From a virus: a DNA stretch of 64,000 nt. Under the pieces are notes generated by a model. The model was not told the DNA's origin. It saw only the letters and a program-made list of their open reading frames with translations, and made no database searches. The stretch covers positions 104,479-168,478 of IMG/VR virus record IMGVR_UViG_3300028571_002266, one strand, 5' to 3'. The stretch's first letter is position 1. Every line of letters starts with the position of its first letter. A program made the translations under genes and the position numbers. Shown piece by piece: positions 37,857 to 46,620 of this stretch.

Positions 37857-38392
37857 TTACCATTGAAGAAAACGATGACAGATTTTATATTAAAGAATCA
37901 ACTATGAAATTGGCCGGTAAGGGATTATTTGCCAAAAGAAAAATTAAAAAGGATGAATTTTTACCAATAACTGGGGTTATGGTTAAAAGAGGTTCTACTG
38001 CTGATGAGTGTACATATTTTTTTAACTCATATAAATTTGCAGCAAGTATAAAAGTAAAAAATGATCTTGTGAACATTGGCGACTATCTTATTTTGCCTCT
38101 TGGATATGCTGGGATTGTAAATCACACTGATGATGTTGCGATTCAAAGTGTGGAAATAAGATATGTTGGAGATCAGTATCCTCAGACAAGTATACATCAT
38201 GGTAAGGCTTTTTATTGGTTTTTAAGGGATGTTGAGCAAGACGAAGAGATATTTGGCAATTACGGACATAAGTGGAATGATGTTCTTGATTGGGTGAATG
38301 AGCAGCACAGCAACGCTAAATGTGAAAAAAAGGATTGGCAGCAATTCTTGGATTTTGATCTTTATGGACTTAAGAAATTGTTGCCAAGGTGA
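37853..38392 (+). CDS. SET domain protein (lysine methyltransferase fold)
   Basis: KES...AGKGLFA...I, GIVNH, RDV..DEEIFGNYG. Confidence 0.8.
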   Translation: MITIEENDDRFYIKESTMKLAGKGLFAKRKIKKDEFLPITGVMVKRGSTADECTYFFNSYKFAASIKVKNDLVNIGDYLILPLGYAGIVNHTDDVAIQSVEIRYVGDQYPQTSIHHGKAFYWFLRDVEQDEEIFGNYGHKWNDVLDWVNEQHSNAKCEKKDWQQFLDFDLYGLKKLLPR

Positions 38393-38396
38393 ACAT

Positions 38397-38930
38397 ATGG
38401 AAAAATTTGATTTCGGTAGAAAAAAGTTACTTGGCATTGTTTTCGATCTATCTATTAGACATGACAAGCAAGGCGGAAGAATAATTGATATGGTTAAAAA
38501 GCAACTTGTTTCAAGAATTGCTTCTTCTGATGAGAATCTTCTTGTTGTTGTAAGTGATGCTGATAATAAAGTACCAAGAATGTGTGGCGGAGGAATACAT
38601 CAAATTGATTCTTATATAGATCCTGTTGATTTCAGGATAGGAGAAGCAACTCGAAGAATTGCTTCTGTTGTTGGAGATTCAGTTGAGGACTCTGATAAGT
38701 ACATAGTTATTATTACTGATCGTTTTAACGGGAAATTCAAAGGTCACTATAGAGCTTTGTTTGATGCCAAGAAGAATAAAAATTATGAATATAAAGTTGG
38801 AGTAATTGCAATAGGTGATCATTGTGATTTTTCATTGCTTAAAGATATGGTAAATGAAAACAACGGCATCTTCTTAAGCTCCAACAACATGGATGAATTT
38901 AATTCTGCCTTGACAGAAATCGGGGTGTGA
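38397..38930 (+). CDS. degenerate vWA-like domain protein
   Basis: IVFDLS, IVIITD, VGVIAIG, LL..M...NGIF. Confidence 0.5.
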   Translation: MEKFDFGRKKLLGIVFDLSIRHDKQGGRIIDMVKKQLVSRIASSDENLLVVVSDADNKVPRMCGGGIHQIDSYIDPVDFRIGEATRRIASVVGDSVEDSDKYIVIITDRFNGKFKGHYRALFDAKKNKNYEYKVGVIAIGDHCDFSLLKDMVNENNGIFLSSNNMDEFNSALTEIGV

Positions 38931-38931
38931 A

Positions 38932-39711
38932 ATGGAAGAAAAAATTTTCCTAAATAAAACTATTGAGGCAAAACCATTTTATCTTTCATCTGTAGAAATA
39001 ATTATTCCATTTTATAACGAACAAGCAAAAGTTATCAATTTGGTAAATGATATTTTCAATACTGTTCAAAAGAACAGGTATCTTATTACTCTTGTCGATG
39101 ATGGTTCTGTGAATAAAAGTTTTGTAGAGCAATTGCAGAAGAAAAAGGTAGAAGGATTGAGGTTTTTGAAGAATGATAAGTGCAAGGGATTTGGAGCATC
39201 GGTCAATAATGCGCTGAAGAATCCTTTTCGTAAAGACATTCCTTTCGTTGCTATTTTACATTCCGATGTTCGTGTTCAGGATCAAAATTGGCTTTTTAAT
39301 CTTGGTCAATCTCTTGCAATTATGAAAGAGAATAATGTAAAAATGGTTTCAGCGATGACAGATAATCCAACAGTTGATTCTTCTGATCTAAAGGCCCAAA
39401 AGGGCCAAACAAGAGAAGATAAAATATTAGAAGATGGTTTCTTGCCGATGTATTGTGTTTTGGCAAATCGTGAATTATTTAATAGAGTTGGATTTTTGCA
39501 TGAATGTCCTTATGCAGGTGTAGAGACAGAAGAATTTGCAATCAGAATGGCAAAAAGTGGCTATAAACAGGGAGTTTGTGGGAAAAGCTGGGTTCAACAT
39601 GAAGGAAGAGGCACTTTGAAACAATTAGACAAAAATAAGAAAGCACAAGAAATATTGCGAAATGTACGAAGTCAGTTCGACGAAATTTATAAAAATAATC
39701 AACAGGTATAA
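38932..39711 (+). CDS. glycosyltransferase family 2
   Basis: IIIPFYN, LVDDGS, GFGASVN, ILHSD, WVQHEG. Confidence 0.85.
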   Translation: MEEKIFLNKTIEAKPFYLSSVEIIIPFYNEQAKVINLVNDIFNTVQKNRYLITLVDDGSVNKSFVEQLQKKKVEGLRFLKNDKCKGFGASVNNALKNPFRKDIPFVAILHSDVRVQDQNWLFNLGQSLAIMKENNVKMVSAMTDNPTVDSSDLKAQKGQTREDKILEDGFLPMYCVLANRELFNRVGFLHECPYAGVETEEFAIRMAKSGYKQGVCGKSWVQHEGRGTLKQLDKNKKAQEILRNVRSQFDEIYKNNQQV

Positions 39712-39741
39712 TATATAATTTGTGTACAATAAGGAGGTTTT

Positions 39742-39903
39742 ATGGGCTTTCGTTGCAAAAATGTCGATAACACTTATACAACTACTACTTGGAAATTTTT
39801 TACCGCTCAGTGTACTAAGAACCAGCAGGCTCTTGGAATCTGTTCTGGTGTTTCTGGCGCTTGGGTTCCAGCAATAACAGTTTGTAACTTACGTCTCTAT
39901 TAA
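39742..39903 (+). CDS. 53-aa Cys/Thr-rich peptide (below ORF-track cutoff)
   Basis: perfect AAGGAGG RBS; MGFRCKNVDNTYTTTTWKFFTAQCTKNQQALGICSGVSGAWVPAITVCNLRLY; own terminator. Confidence 0.75.
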   Translation: MGFRCKNVDNTYTTTTWKFFTAQCTKNQQALGICSGVSGAWVPAITVCNLRLY

Positions 39904-39924
39904 TTTAATTTAATTTAATTCAGG

Positions 39925-39950
39925 AAGGCTGGCTGATTGCCAGCCTTTTT
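39925..39950 (+). terminator. intrinsic terminator
   Basis: AAGGCTGGC-TGATT-GCCAGCCTT plus T tract. Confidence 0.8.
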
Positions 39951-39956
39951 CGTTGG

Positions 39957-39985
39957 TTGACAAATTTCTTTCTGATTGTTATGAT
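39957..39985 (+). promoter_or_regulatory. near-consensus sigma-70 promoter
   Basis: TTGACA-17bp-TATGAT. Confidence 0.75.
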
Positions 39986-40012
39986 GATCTTTCCTAATTT
40001 GGAGATCAGGTC

Positions 40013-40660
40013 ATGATTGCCAGCATCAACAGTGTTTTTTCCATTTTCAACAGATTGTTTTTTGATTCCAATCTCTCTGCTCCAGAGATTATTGTTGATG
40101 TGAGTAAAAAAGTTTCATTAAGGTGGCAATCTGACGAAAATATTATTGTTATGGGTTCTGGTTTTGTAAATATAAATAAAGAAATTATTTGCGTCAACTT
40201 GCTTCATGAAATGATACATTTATCAAATTATAAAAATAAAGTTATAGATGTTAATGATAATCAGTATCATAACTCAAAATTTATGAAGCTTGCCGTAAAG
40301 TGCGGTTTGGTTGTTTATAAAGATAAGAATCAAGGTTGGTCAAACACAACATTGGAAATTGATAACAGTTTTTCGACTAAAGATTTTAAGATTGAACTTG
40401 ATAAAAATCAAAATCTCAAGTCAATTATTTCTAACATACATATTGATAATGAATTATTGAATGAGAACGAAAAGTCTTTAGTTTTAGCAATCAATAATTT
40501 GAAACCATCAAAAATTTTCTTCTTGAAATACGAATGTTCTTGTCCTCCTCCTCACAATAGTATCAGATCAGGTCGCCGACCAGATGGAAGTAATGCCCCA
40601 GATATAATTTGCGATAGGTGTAAAACAAAGTTTAATTGTGTTTCTCCTTTGTATGATTGA
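40013..40660 (+). CDS. SprT-like zinc metalloprotease
   Basis: FN...FD..L, LLHEMIH, YHN..F, C-terminal Cys pairs. Confidence 0.75.
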   Translation: MIASINSVFSIFNRLFFDSNLSAPEIIVDVSKKVSLRWQSDENIIVMGSGFVNINKEIICVNLLHEMIHLSNYKNKVIDVNDNQYHNSKFMKLAVKCGLVVYKDKNQGWSNTTLEIDNSFSTKDFKIELDKNQNLKSIISNIHIDNELLNENEKSLVLAINNLKPSKIFFLKYECSCPPPHNSIRSGRRPDGSNAPDIICDRCKTKFNCVSPLYD

Positions 40661-40678
40661 TTTTTTTGATCTTTTGGA

Positions 40679-41119
40679 TTAGTTGATTTTTGGGTTTTTT
40701 TCGTCTATGATTCCTAGAGAAATCCGTCCGGCGTTGACGGTATGATTAGCATGAGGAATTTCCAGTTCTGCATTAGGATCAAATCTTTTGATGATTTTTT
40801 GAAAGATCAAGTATAGCATTGCTGTAACAATCGTGAATTCAAGGAAGGCGTTGACTAGATTTCCAATTTCAAGTTCAAGTCCTTTTGTTGGCGTAAAAAC
40901 TAGATTGCGCCAGTTGCCATTAGTTGCTGATATCAAGTAATTGATGATTGGCATAACAAGTGACTCTGTCATAGAAGAAGCAAACTTTTGTGTTTGAGTT
41001 GCTAGAACAAGAGCTAAGGCCATGACAAAGAAATTTTTCTTGTAAGCAAATTTCTTGTATTCTTCAAATTCTTCTTTGATTCTTTCGGATTTGATGAAAT
41101 TTCTTTCTTCGTCATTCAT
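40679..41119 (-). CDS. mscL: large-conductance mechanosensitive channel-like protein
   Basis: EYKKFA.K.N, SS....VMPII, IGN.VNA...F.IV...LY. Confidence 0.7.
   Translation of the reverse strand: MNDEERNFIKSERIKEEFEEYKKFAYKKNFFVMALALVLATQTQKFASSMTESLVMPIINYLISATNGNWRNLVFTPTKGLELEIGNLVNAFLEFTIVTAMLYLIFQKIIKRFDPNAELEIPHANHTVNAGRISLGIIDEKNPKIN
40682..40740 (+). repeat. promoter-plus-hairpin cassette, copy B (antisense to mscL 3' end)
   Basis: TTGATT-17bp-TATGAT-7nt-GAAATCCGTC-CGGCGTT-GACGG. Confidence 0.85.
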
Positions 41120-41145
41120 TGTTTTGACCTTTTGGTTTAGTGGTG

Positions 41146-41218
41146 TTGACATTTTAACTGAGTCTGCTTACTTTATTTGTGCTTCTGCTTTTTTGGAAAC
41201 AAGTTACTCTTTGACGGA
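41146..41218 (+). promoter_or_regulatory. parB promoter with degenerate element
   Basis: TTGACA-17bp-TACTTT; GAAAC-AAGTT-N7-GACGGA at 41196-41218. Confidence 0.5.
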
Positions 41219-41231
41219 ATGAGGTTAAGAC

Positions 41232-42449
41232 ATGTCAGTGAAGACACAAGACTTGGTGATGAGTGGTTTGCCAGAAGGAAGTAGGCATTTGACTGGGAAC
41301 CTTTTTATGGTTCCTTTTTCAAGTATTATTGCTCCTAAGAACAATCCACGTCTTTTGACTGAACGTGGTCAGTCTGACATTGTTGACAAGAACTTGTCAT
41401 CTCAACTCCGTGAGAGCATCAAGAAGAACACTCTTCTCAACCCTTTAGTCTGTAGGTGGGTAAAGGATGGAGACAAATTCCTTCCGATGGTTGTAGGTGG
41501 AGACAGGCGTTATCGTTCTCTTGATTTCTTGATTCGCAAGAAGGAAATGGTTGCTGACCCAAGGACTCCTAAGGTCAATGAAAAGGGCGAATTTATCAGC
41601 AGAACTGCTTCTGCTGATGAAGCTTATGAATTTGTTCCTTGTCAAATTTTCATGTGCAGAGACGATCTTGACGCTCTTGTTTTGGCATGGGCAGAAAACA
41701 AGACTCGCATCAATCTGACAGATGGTCATGAGATAGTTGAAGTAATTCAGCTTCGTGACAATGGGGCCAGTGACGCAAAGATCATGGAAGTCCTGCAACA
41801 GGATTCAAAATGGCTTTCCGACACTGACCGTCTGATTGCTTCTTTGGATTCTCATACACTTGCTGATTTGATTGAAGGCAGATTGGATCGCAACTCTGCT
41901 GTCGAGTTGGCAGCAATTGAGGACGAGAAGGTCCGTAATCAGGTAAGAGTTGCAGCGCATGAATCTGCAAATGAAACATCTGGTCGTCGTATTGCAAGGC
42001 TTGTTCGACGTGCAGAGCAGGCTGAGGCGAATGAAGACATTGCTAAGGGCGAAGTTGTGTTGGCTCAAAGCCCTCAACAGCAGGATCAAGCCAGAAGCAA
42101 TTTGGCCAGAGCGGAAGTAGAATCTCGTGCAGTTCGTCGCAAGATAGAGGAAACCACTAATCCTGTTACGACTACGAGGGAAATTAGGGAAGCAAGTCAG
42201 CAAATTGCTGGCGAAATACCTCGAACTTCAAACAAGCGTGGTCCCAAGGGTGGACCTAGAAAGATGAGAGAGTCAAAAATCATTGAGGGACGTGATTTCT
42301 TTGCCAATTTGGTGAGGAATAATGGTGAGGGAGATGACTTCACTGCTCATGTTGATGCCTTGAAGTTGGTAGTGAAAATATTTAATGACAACATTCTTGT
42401 GAATAACCCTGATTGGATTAGCACTTTGAAACGTCATTATTCAGCTTGA
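41232..42449 (+). CDS. parB: ParB/Spo0J-like protein
   Basis: NPR, LRESIKK..LLNPLV, GGDRRYR, AENK.R.NL, followed by HTH and coiled coil. Confidence 0.75.
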   Translation: MSVKTQDLVMSGLPEGSRHLTGNLFMVPFSSIIAPKNNPRLLTERGQSDIVDKNLSSQLRESIKKNTLLNPLVCRWVKDGDKFLPMVVGGDRRYRSLDFLIRKKEMVADPRTPKVNEKGEFISRTASADEAYEFVPCQIFMCRDDLDALVLAWAENKTRINLTDGHEIVEVIQLRDNGASDAKIMEVLQQDSKWLSDTDRLIASLDSHTLADLIEGRLDRNSAVELAAIEDEKVRNQVRVAAHESANETSGRRIARLVRRAEQAEANEDIAKGEVVLAQSPQQQDQARSNLARAEVESRAVRRKIEETTNPVTTTREIREASQQIAGEIPRTSNKRGPKGGPRKMRESKIIEGRDFFANLVRNNGEGDDFTAHVDALKLVVKIFNDNILVNNPDWISTLKRHYSA

Positions 42450-42460
42450 TTTATGAAATT

Positions 42461-42500
42461 AAAGCCGTCCCATACAAAATATGGGACGGTTTTATTTTTT
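42461..42500 (+). terminator. intrinsic terminator
   Basis: GCCGTCCCATA-CAAAA-TATGGGACGGT plus T tract. Confidence 0.8.
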
Positions 42501-42517
42501 CGTGCATAAATACATTA

Positions 42518-42820
42518 ATGATTCATTTATGCCCTTTTTGCGGTCACGAACTACAAGAGCAACTTTCAGATGGGTTGATTTCTTGTTCTATCTGTAGTCA
42601 AGTTTTTGATTCAAGTGATATCAACCAGTTGCTTTCGGCTGGATGGCTTGTCAGAAAAAACCATTTCAATCATGAGCAATTGAAATGGCATACAAAGCTT
42701 GATGAAGACATGATTATTCTTGTTTTGGCATATGTTGCTGACAATGAATATTCACATCAAGAATTCCTGCAAGTTCTTAAAAAGTTGGGTGTTGCCAACA
42801 AATCTTATATAAAATACTGA
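42518..42820 (+). CDS. zinc-ribbon protein
   Basis: CPFCG...CSIC; TAAATA 5 nt before ATG. Confidence 0.65.
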   Translation: MIHLCPFCGHELQEQLSDGLISCSICSQVFDSSDINQLLSAGWLVRKNHFNHEQLKWHTKLDEDMIILVLAYVADNEYSHQEFLQVLKKLGVANKSYIKY

Positions 42821-42825
42821 ATTTT

Positions 42826-43056
42826 CTATTTAGTATCATCAGTTATTGCTGAGATCTGGCCTTTGGGGGCACGGGGGTCAATTTCCATGGCGTTTGCTGC
42901 GAGTTCCTTACGCAGCACTGTCACACTCTTATTGGCTTCAATCCCGATCCTGACCTTGTTGCGGTTATCGATCCTCACAACCGTCAGGACTATGTCCTGC
43001 ATACCGGGGACCTGTAGAATGATCTGTTCGTCCTTCTTGCGACTAAGTACCAGCAT
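42826..43056 (-). CDS. csrA: carbon storage regulator CsrA/RsmA
   Basis: MLVLSRK..E.I, V.I...KVRIGIEA...V.VLR.EL. Confidence 0.92.
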   Translation of the reverse strand: MLVLSRKKDEQIILQVPGMQDIVLTVVRIDNRNKVRIGIEANKSVTVLRKELAANAMEIDPRAPKGQISAITDDTK

Positions 43057-43238
43057 TTAACTTCCTTTCTTTGCTTTCCATGTGTCCTCTGACACAATAT
43101 TAAGCGAGTAAGTTTGCTGAAATTTTACAATTTTTACTTTTTTTTCTGCAACATGGCTTTACAACAAAAAAAAATTCGTATATTAATTACTTACTGGCTT
43201 TCATTTACTAACACGCCAGTATATTAAGGAGCAAAGAC

Positions 43239-43679
43239 GTGAAGACATCTTGGGCAAACGAATTGGTAGCACTTAAGGCACAGCAAGATAAGATTGCTAA
43301 GAAGATTAACTGTATCGAGGAGCTTGTCAGGCTCGAAGAAGAGCATACTATTGATACAGATATTCCGACCAGTCATGAAGACCCAGTAATTTTTCGTGGT
43401 GACAACTCTGTTAAGGTTCGTCGCACTCGTATTGCTTCTCCTGTTTCCAGCGGTAAGTCAATGAAACTGCCCAATCTTTTGGAAACAATTGGTCAGCAGC
43501 ATCCTCATTTCATGAGGTATGAGAAAATTGCTGAACTCGTTCTTGAAACCGGCTATAAGACTAACAGTGGTAATTTGAGCAACATGGTTTATCAGTGTTT
43601 GCAGAAACTTTGCAAGAAGGGCGTTTTCACGAAAAATGATATGACCCGTGAATATCAGTTTTCTGGCAAGATTGACTAG
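43239..43679 (+). CDS. coiled-coil plus winged-helix DNA-binding protein
   Basis: AAGGAG RBS, GTG start; IAELVLETGYKT.S.N....VYQ.L.KL. Confidence 0.55.
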   Translation: MKTSWANELVALKAQQDKIAKKINCIEELVRLEEEHTIDTDIPTSHEDPVIFRGDNSVKVRRTRIASPVSSGKSMKLPNLLETIGQQHPHFMRYEKIAELVLETGYKTNSGNLSNMVYQCLQKLCKKGVFTKNDMTREYQFSGKID

Positions 43680-43715
43680 TTTTTACGATTTGAAACAATA
43701 AACTTGATTTAGCAC

Positions 43716-43744
43716 ACCCCGTTCACATACGAACGGGGTTTTTT
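43716..43744 (+). terminator. intrinsic terminator
   Basis: CCCCGTTC-ACATAC-GAACGGGG-TTTTTT. Confidence 0.85.
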
Positions 43745-43751
43745 GATTTTG

Positions 43752-43851
43752 ATGGCTGTTGCATAGCGGACAACACTTAATCTTTGCTTCTGCATAAACA
43801 GATACCGGGTCAGGAAAGTGTGAAAACGACCTCCATTATCTGACCAGCCAT
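43752..43851 (-). ncRNA. candidate structured non-coding RNA
   Basis: closing stem ATGGCTG/CAGCCAT, nested CAGATA/TATCTG and GGTC/GACC; minus-strand TTGATT-18bp-TATTAT just upstream. Confidence 0.35.
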
Positions 43852-43936
43852 TAATATATAATAGTTGTTTCTTGTTAAATTAATCAAGAATTACTGTATA
43901 ATGATTTTGGCAAGTTGAAACTAAGGAGTTTGATTC

Positions 43937-45205
43937 ATGGCGAAAAAGAAGGGTCCTTTCTGTGACTACTGTGGAATGTCTAGTTCTCAGGCAGGGATGT
44001 TAGTTGAAGGTCCAAATATCAGCCGTGAACAGAATGGTAGACCTGCTGGGAGCAAGGTTTACATATGTGCAGAGTGCATCGAAATTTGTCAAACCATGGT
44101 GAGTAAGAACAGCAAAGCTGCAAACATGAGTGCAAAAAAGATGATTCCTTCTCCAAAGCAAATTGTTGAACATCTTGACAAGAGCATCATTGGCCAAGAT
44201 AAGGCCAAGCGTTGTTTGGCAGTTGCTGTCACTAATCATTATAAAAGATTGACTCAGAATTTTTGCATCACTGATGATAATCCATTCTCTGATGTTAATA
44301 TCGAAAAGTCAAATATCCTGTTGATAGGGCCAACTGGATCAGGAAAGACTTCTTTGGCTAGGACTCTTGCAAAGATTCTTGAAGTTCCATTCGCAATTGG
44401 CGATGCAACAACCCTTACAGAAGCTGGGTATGTTGGAGAAGATGTCGAGAATTTAATTCTTAAGATTGTAAGGGAAGCTGATTTTAACATTGAATTGGCT
44501 CAGACTGGAATTATTTTCCTTGATGAGATCGATAAGATTGGTAAGACAAGCCAAAGTGTTAGTATCACTCGTGATGTATCAGGGGAAGGAGTTCAACAGG
44601 CTCTACTGAAAATGCTTGAAGGTACTGTTTGCAATGTGCCTCCCGGTGGTGGCCGTAAACATCCAGAGCAGCAGTTCCTTCAGGTTGATACTACTAACGT
44701 ACTATTCATCTGTGGTGGTGCTTTTAATGGCCTAGAAGACATTATTAAGCGTAGAATAGGTAAAAATCAAATGGGGTTCGGAAGTGCTTCATCGAATCTT
44801 GATGAAGAATGGATTCTTCAGCATGTCACTCAGGATGACCTTATCGAGTTTGGAATGATCCCAGAACTAGTTGGTCGTCTTCCTGTTGTGACACCTTTGA
44901 AAGGTCTTGACGAAGAAAGCCTTATGAAGATTCTTACCGATCCTAAAGATGCTCTCGTGAAACAATATCAGAAAATGTGTTGGCAAGATAATGTAAAGTT
45001 GTCATTCACTGACGAAGCTTTACGAGAAATTGCCAAGAAAGCCTTGAGTGTTGGAACTGGAGCTCGTGGACTAAGGACTGTCATGGAAGAATTCATGATT
45101 GACATCATGTACCATTTGACAGATCATGGTGGAGAAACAGTAGTAGTTACCAAGGATGTCGTTTTGGGTCAAACTGCTCTTTTTCAAAAAAGCCTAGCAG
45201 CTTAA
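43937..45205 (+). CDS. clpX: ATP-dependent Clp protease ATPase subunit ClpX
   Basis: C4 zinc domain, [43 protein letters not shown] loop. Confidence 0.97.
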   Translation: MAKKKGPFCDYCGMSSSQAGMLVEGPNISREQNGRPAGSKVYICAECIEICQTMVSKNSKAANMSAKKMIPSPKQIVEHLDKSIIGQDKAKRCLAVAVTNHYKRLTQNFCITDDNPFSDVNIEKSNILLIGPTGSGKTSLARTLAKILEVPFAIGDATTLTEAGYVGEDVENLILKIVREADFNIELAQTGIIFLDEIDKIGKTSQSVSITRDVSGEGVQQALLKMLEGTVCNVPPGGGRKHPEQQFLQVDTTNVLFICGGAFNGLEDIIKRRIGKNQMGFGSASSNLDEEWILQHVTQDDLIEFGMIPELVGRLPVVTPLKGLDEESLMKILTDPKDALVKQYQKMCWQDNVKLSFTDEALREIAKKALSVGTGARGLRTVMEEFMIDIMYHLTDHGGETVVVTKDVVLGQTALFQKSLAA

Positions 45206-45219
45206 ATTTTTAAGATCTA

Positions 45220-45307
45220 TTGACCTTTTGGTTCATTAGGATTATCATTATTTTGGAAATCCGCCTTCCGTTGATGAAACGGAGGGCGGAGGGCGGAGGG
45301 CGGAGGG
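45220..45307 (+). ncRNA. promoter-driven hairpin with (CGGAGGG)4 array, candidate sRNA or leader
   Basis: TTGACC-17bp-TATCAT-7nt-GAAATCCGCCTTCCGTT-GATGA-AACGGAGGGCGG; repeat array 45280-45307. Confidence 0.45.
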
Positions 45308-45430
45308 TGTGATGTTTCGATGAATATCAGCTAAAATATTGTCTTTTTGGCTGTCAATGTAACTATCATAATAAATGAAAACTAATTTTCTTGTTTTGAG
45401 AGACTTCACATGCCAAGAGGGTTGAGCTAA

Positions 45431-46051
45431 ATGAGTTATATTGTTTCTACTTTTTTCAATGAGAACAGTTGGAATAAGTTTGGCCTCAATTGGGTCCGTA
45501 ATACCAAATCTGCATCACTCGATGCTCTAATTATAGGCAAAGATTTGCCAGAAGAAGCAATCACAAAGATTGCTGAACTTAATTTTCGTTATGTTCCTGT
45601 TTTGAATAAATTCAAGACAGATTGTAATGTGGATTACACTTTGGTTCAAAATTTAGAAAAAAATCAAAGATGTCTTTGGACTCAGCCTGAGATTTTGCCT
45701 AAAGCTGGAATTTATTCTAGAAATACGTCATCTGTTGACGGAGAATCTGATTTGATTTGTGGATTAAGTTCTTTTAATGTGCAGGATTTGACTCAGTCTG
45801 TAGTCAATTTATATGACAGGGCTGCAATGATAGAATCTTTGAAGCAGAAAATTGAAAATGTACATGGCAAATACTTGTCTAGCGATTATATGCTTGGAAC
45901 ATATGATTTTTGGAATGGATTTTTTGGTTGCAAGGCCTACCTCTTTGAAAGAGGATATCTACAAGGTTCTGTGCAAAGCGATGATCTTGTCTTGAATTTC
46001 TTTGTTTCCTTCGCTAATTCTTTTTCTTTACAAATAAAGGATTACTCTTAA
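45431..46051 (+). CDS. hypothetical protein containing an in-frame element copy (45720-45742)
   Basis: GAAATACGTC-ATCTGTT-GACGGA encodes RNTSSVDG. Confidence 0.6.
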   Translation: MSYIVSTFFNENSWNKFGLNWVRNTKSASLDALIIGKDLPEEAITKIAELNFRYVPVLNKFKTDCNVDYTLVQNLEKNQRCLWTQPEILPKAGIYSRNTSSVDGESDLICGLSSFNVQDLTQSVVNLYDRAAMIESLKQKIENVHGKYLSSDYMLGTYDFWNGFFGCKAYLFERGYLQGSVQSDDLVLNFFVSFANSFSLQIKDYS

Positions 46052-46052
46052 A

Positions 46053-46187
46053 ATGATTTACAGCACACTATCTCATTTAGGTTCTTTTGTGTTTTTTATG
46101 CTAAGTGCTTTTGTAATTTGCACTTTCATTATTGCTATTACAAGAACTAATGAAGATGAGACAACAAGAATTAAGGAAGATGAATGA
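46053..46187 (+). CDS. 44-aa membrane peptide (below ORF-track cutoff)
   Basis: fills the gap between neighbours; one TM; ATGA overlap with next gene. Confidence 0.55.
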   Translation: MIYSTLSHLGSFVFFMLSAFVICTFIIAITRTNEDETTRIKEDE

Positions 46188-46612
46188 GCGTATTGCTTTT
46201 TGTTTACGGAACTCTAAAAATAGGGTTTACTAGAAATTATGCTTTGCAGGGACAGATCTATTTGGGAACTGCTAAAACAAAGCCTGAATATAGCATGCAT
46301 GCAACAGGAGGATATCCCGCCCTTCTCAATAAAAAACTTGCCGAACAAAATAATATCAAGGCAGATAAATCTATTTTTGGTGAAATTTGGGAAGTTGATG
46401 AGGATTGTCTTGTAAGATTGGATAAAATAGAAGGCGTAGAAATTAATTTGTTTGAAAGATCAACCATAAATATCGAAGAGTTTACTCTTAGTCGTTTGCC
46501 TATTGACAAAACAGTTTGGAATGATGTACAAGAAAATAAAGCTTATGCTTATTTGTACAAACAGCCGATAAATGGAGCGGCATGCTGTGGATCTTTTTGG
46601 CATAGAAAGTAA
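46184..46612 (+). CDS. gamma-glutamylcyclotransferase (GGCT/AIG2-like)
   Basis: LFVYGTLK, YPAL, GEIWEV, LDKIEG, AYAYLY. Confidence 0.88.
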   Translation: MSVLLFVYGTLKIGFTRNYALQGQIYLGTAKTKPEYSMHATGGYPALLNKKLAEQNNIKADKSIFGEIWEVDEDCLVRLDKIEGVEINLFERSTINIEEFTLSRLPIDKTVWNDVQENKAYAYLYKQPINGAACCGSFWHRK

Positions 46613-46620
46613 GGAATTTT

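Noticed and set aside
42464-42491. Another copy of the dispersed element (CCGTC...GACGG)
   Set aside because: It lacks the adjacent GAAAT and the 7-nt spacing, and is fully explained as the parB terminator.
43800-43835. SRP RNA or RNase P (GGTCAGG, GGAAAGT)
   Set aside because: The SRP AGCAG partner strand and the remaining RNase P core are absent.
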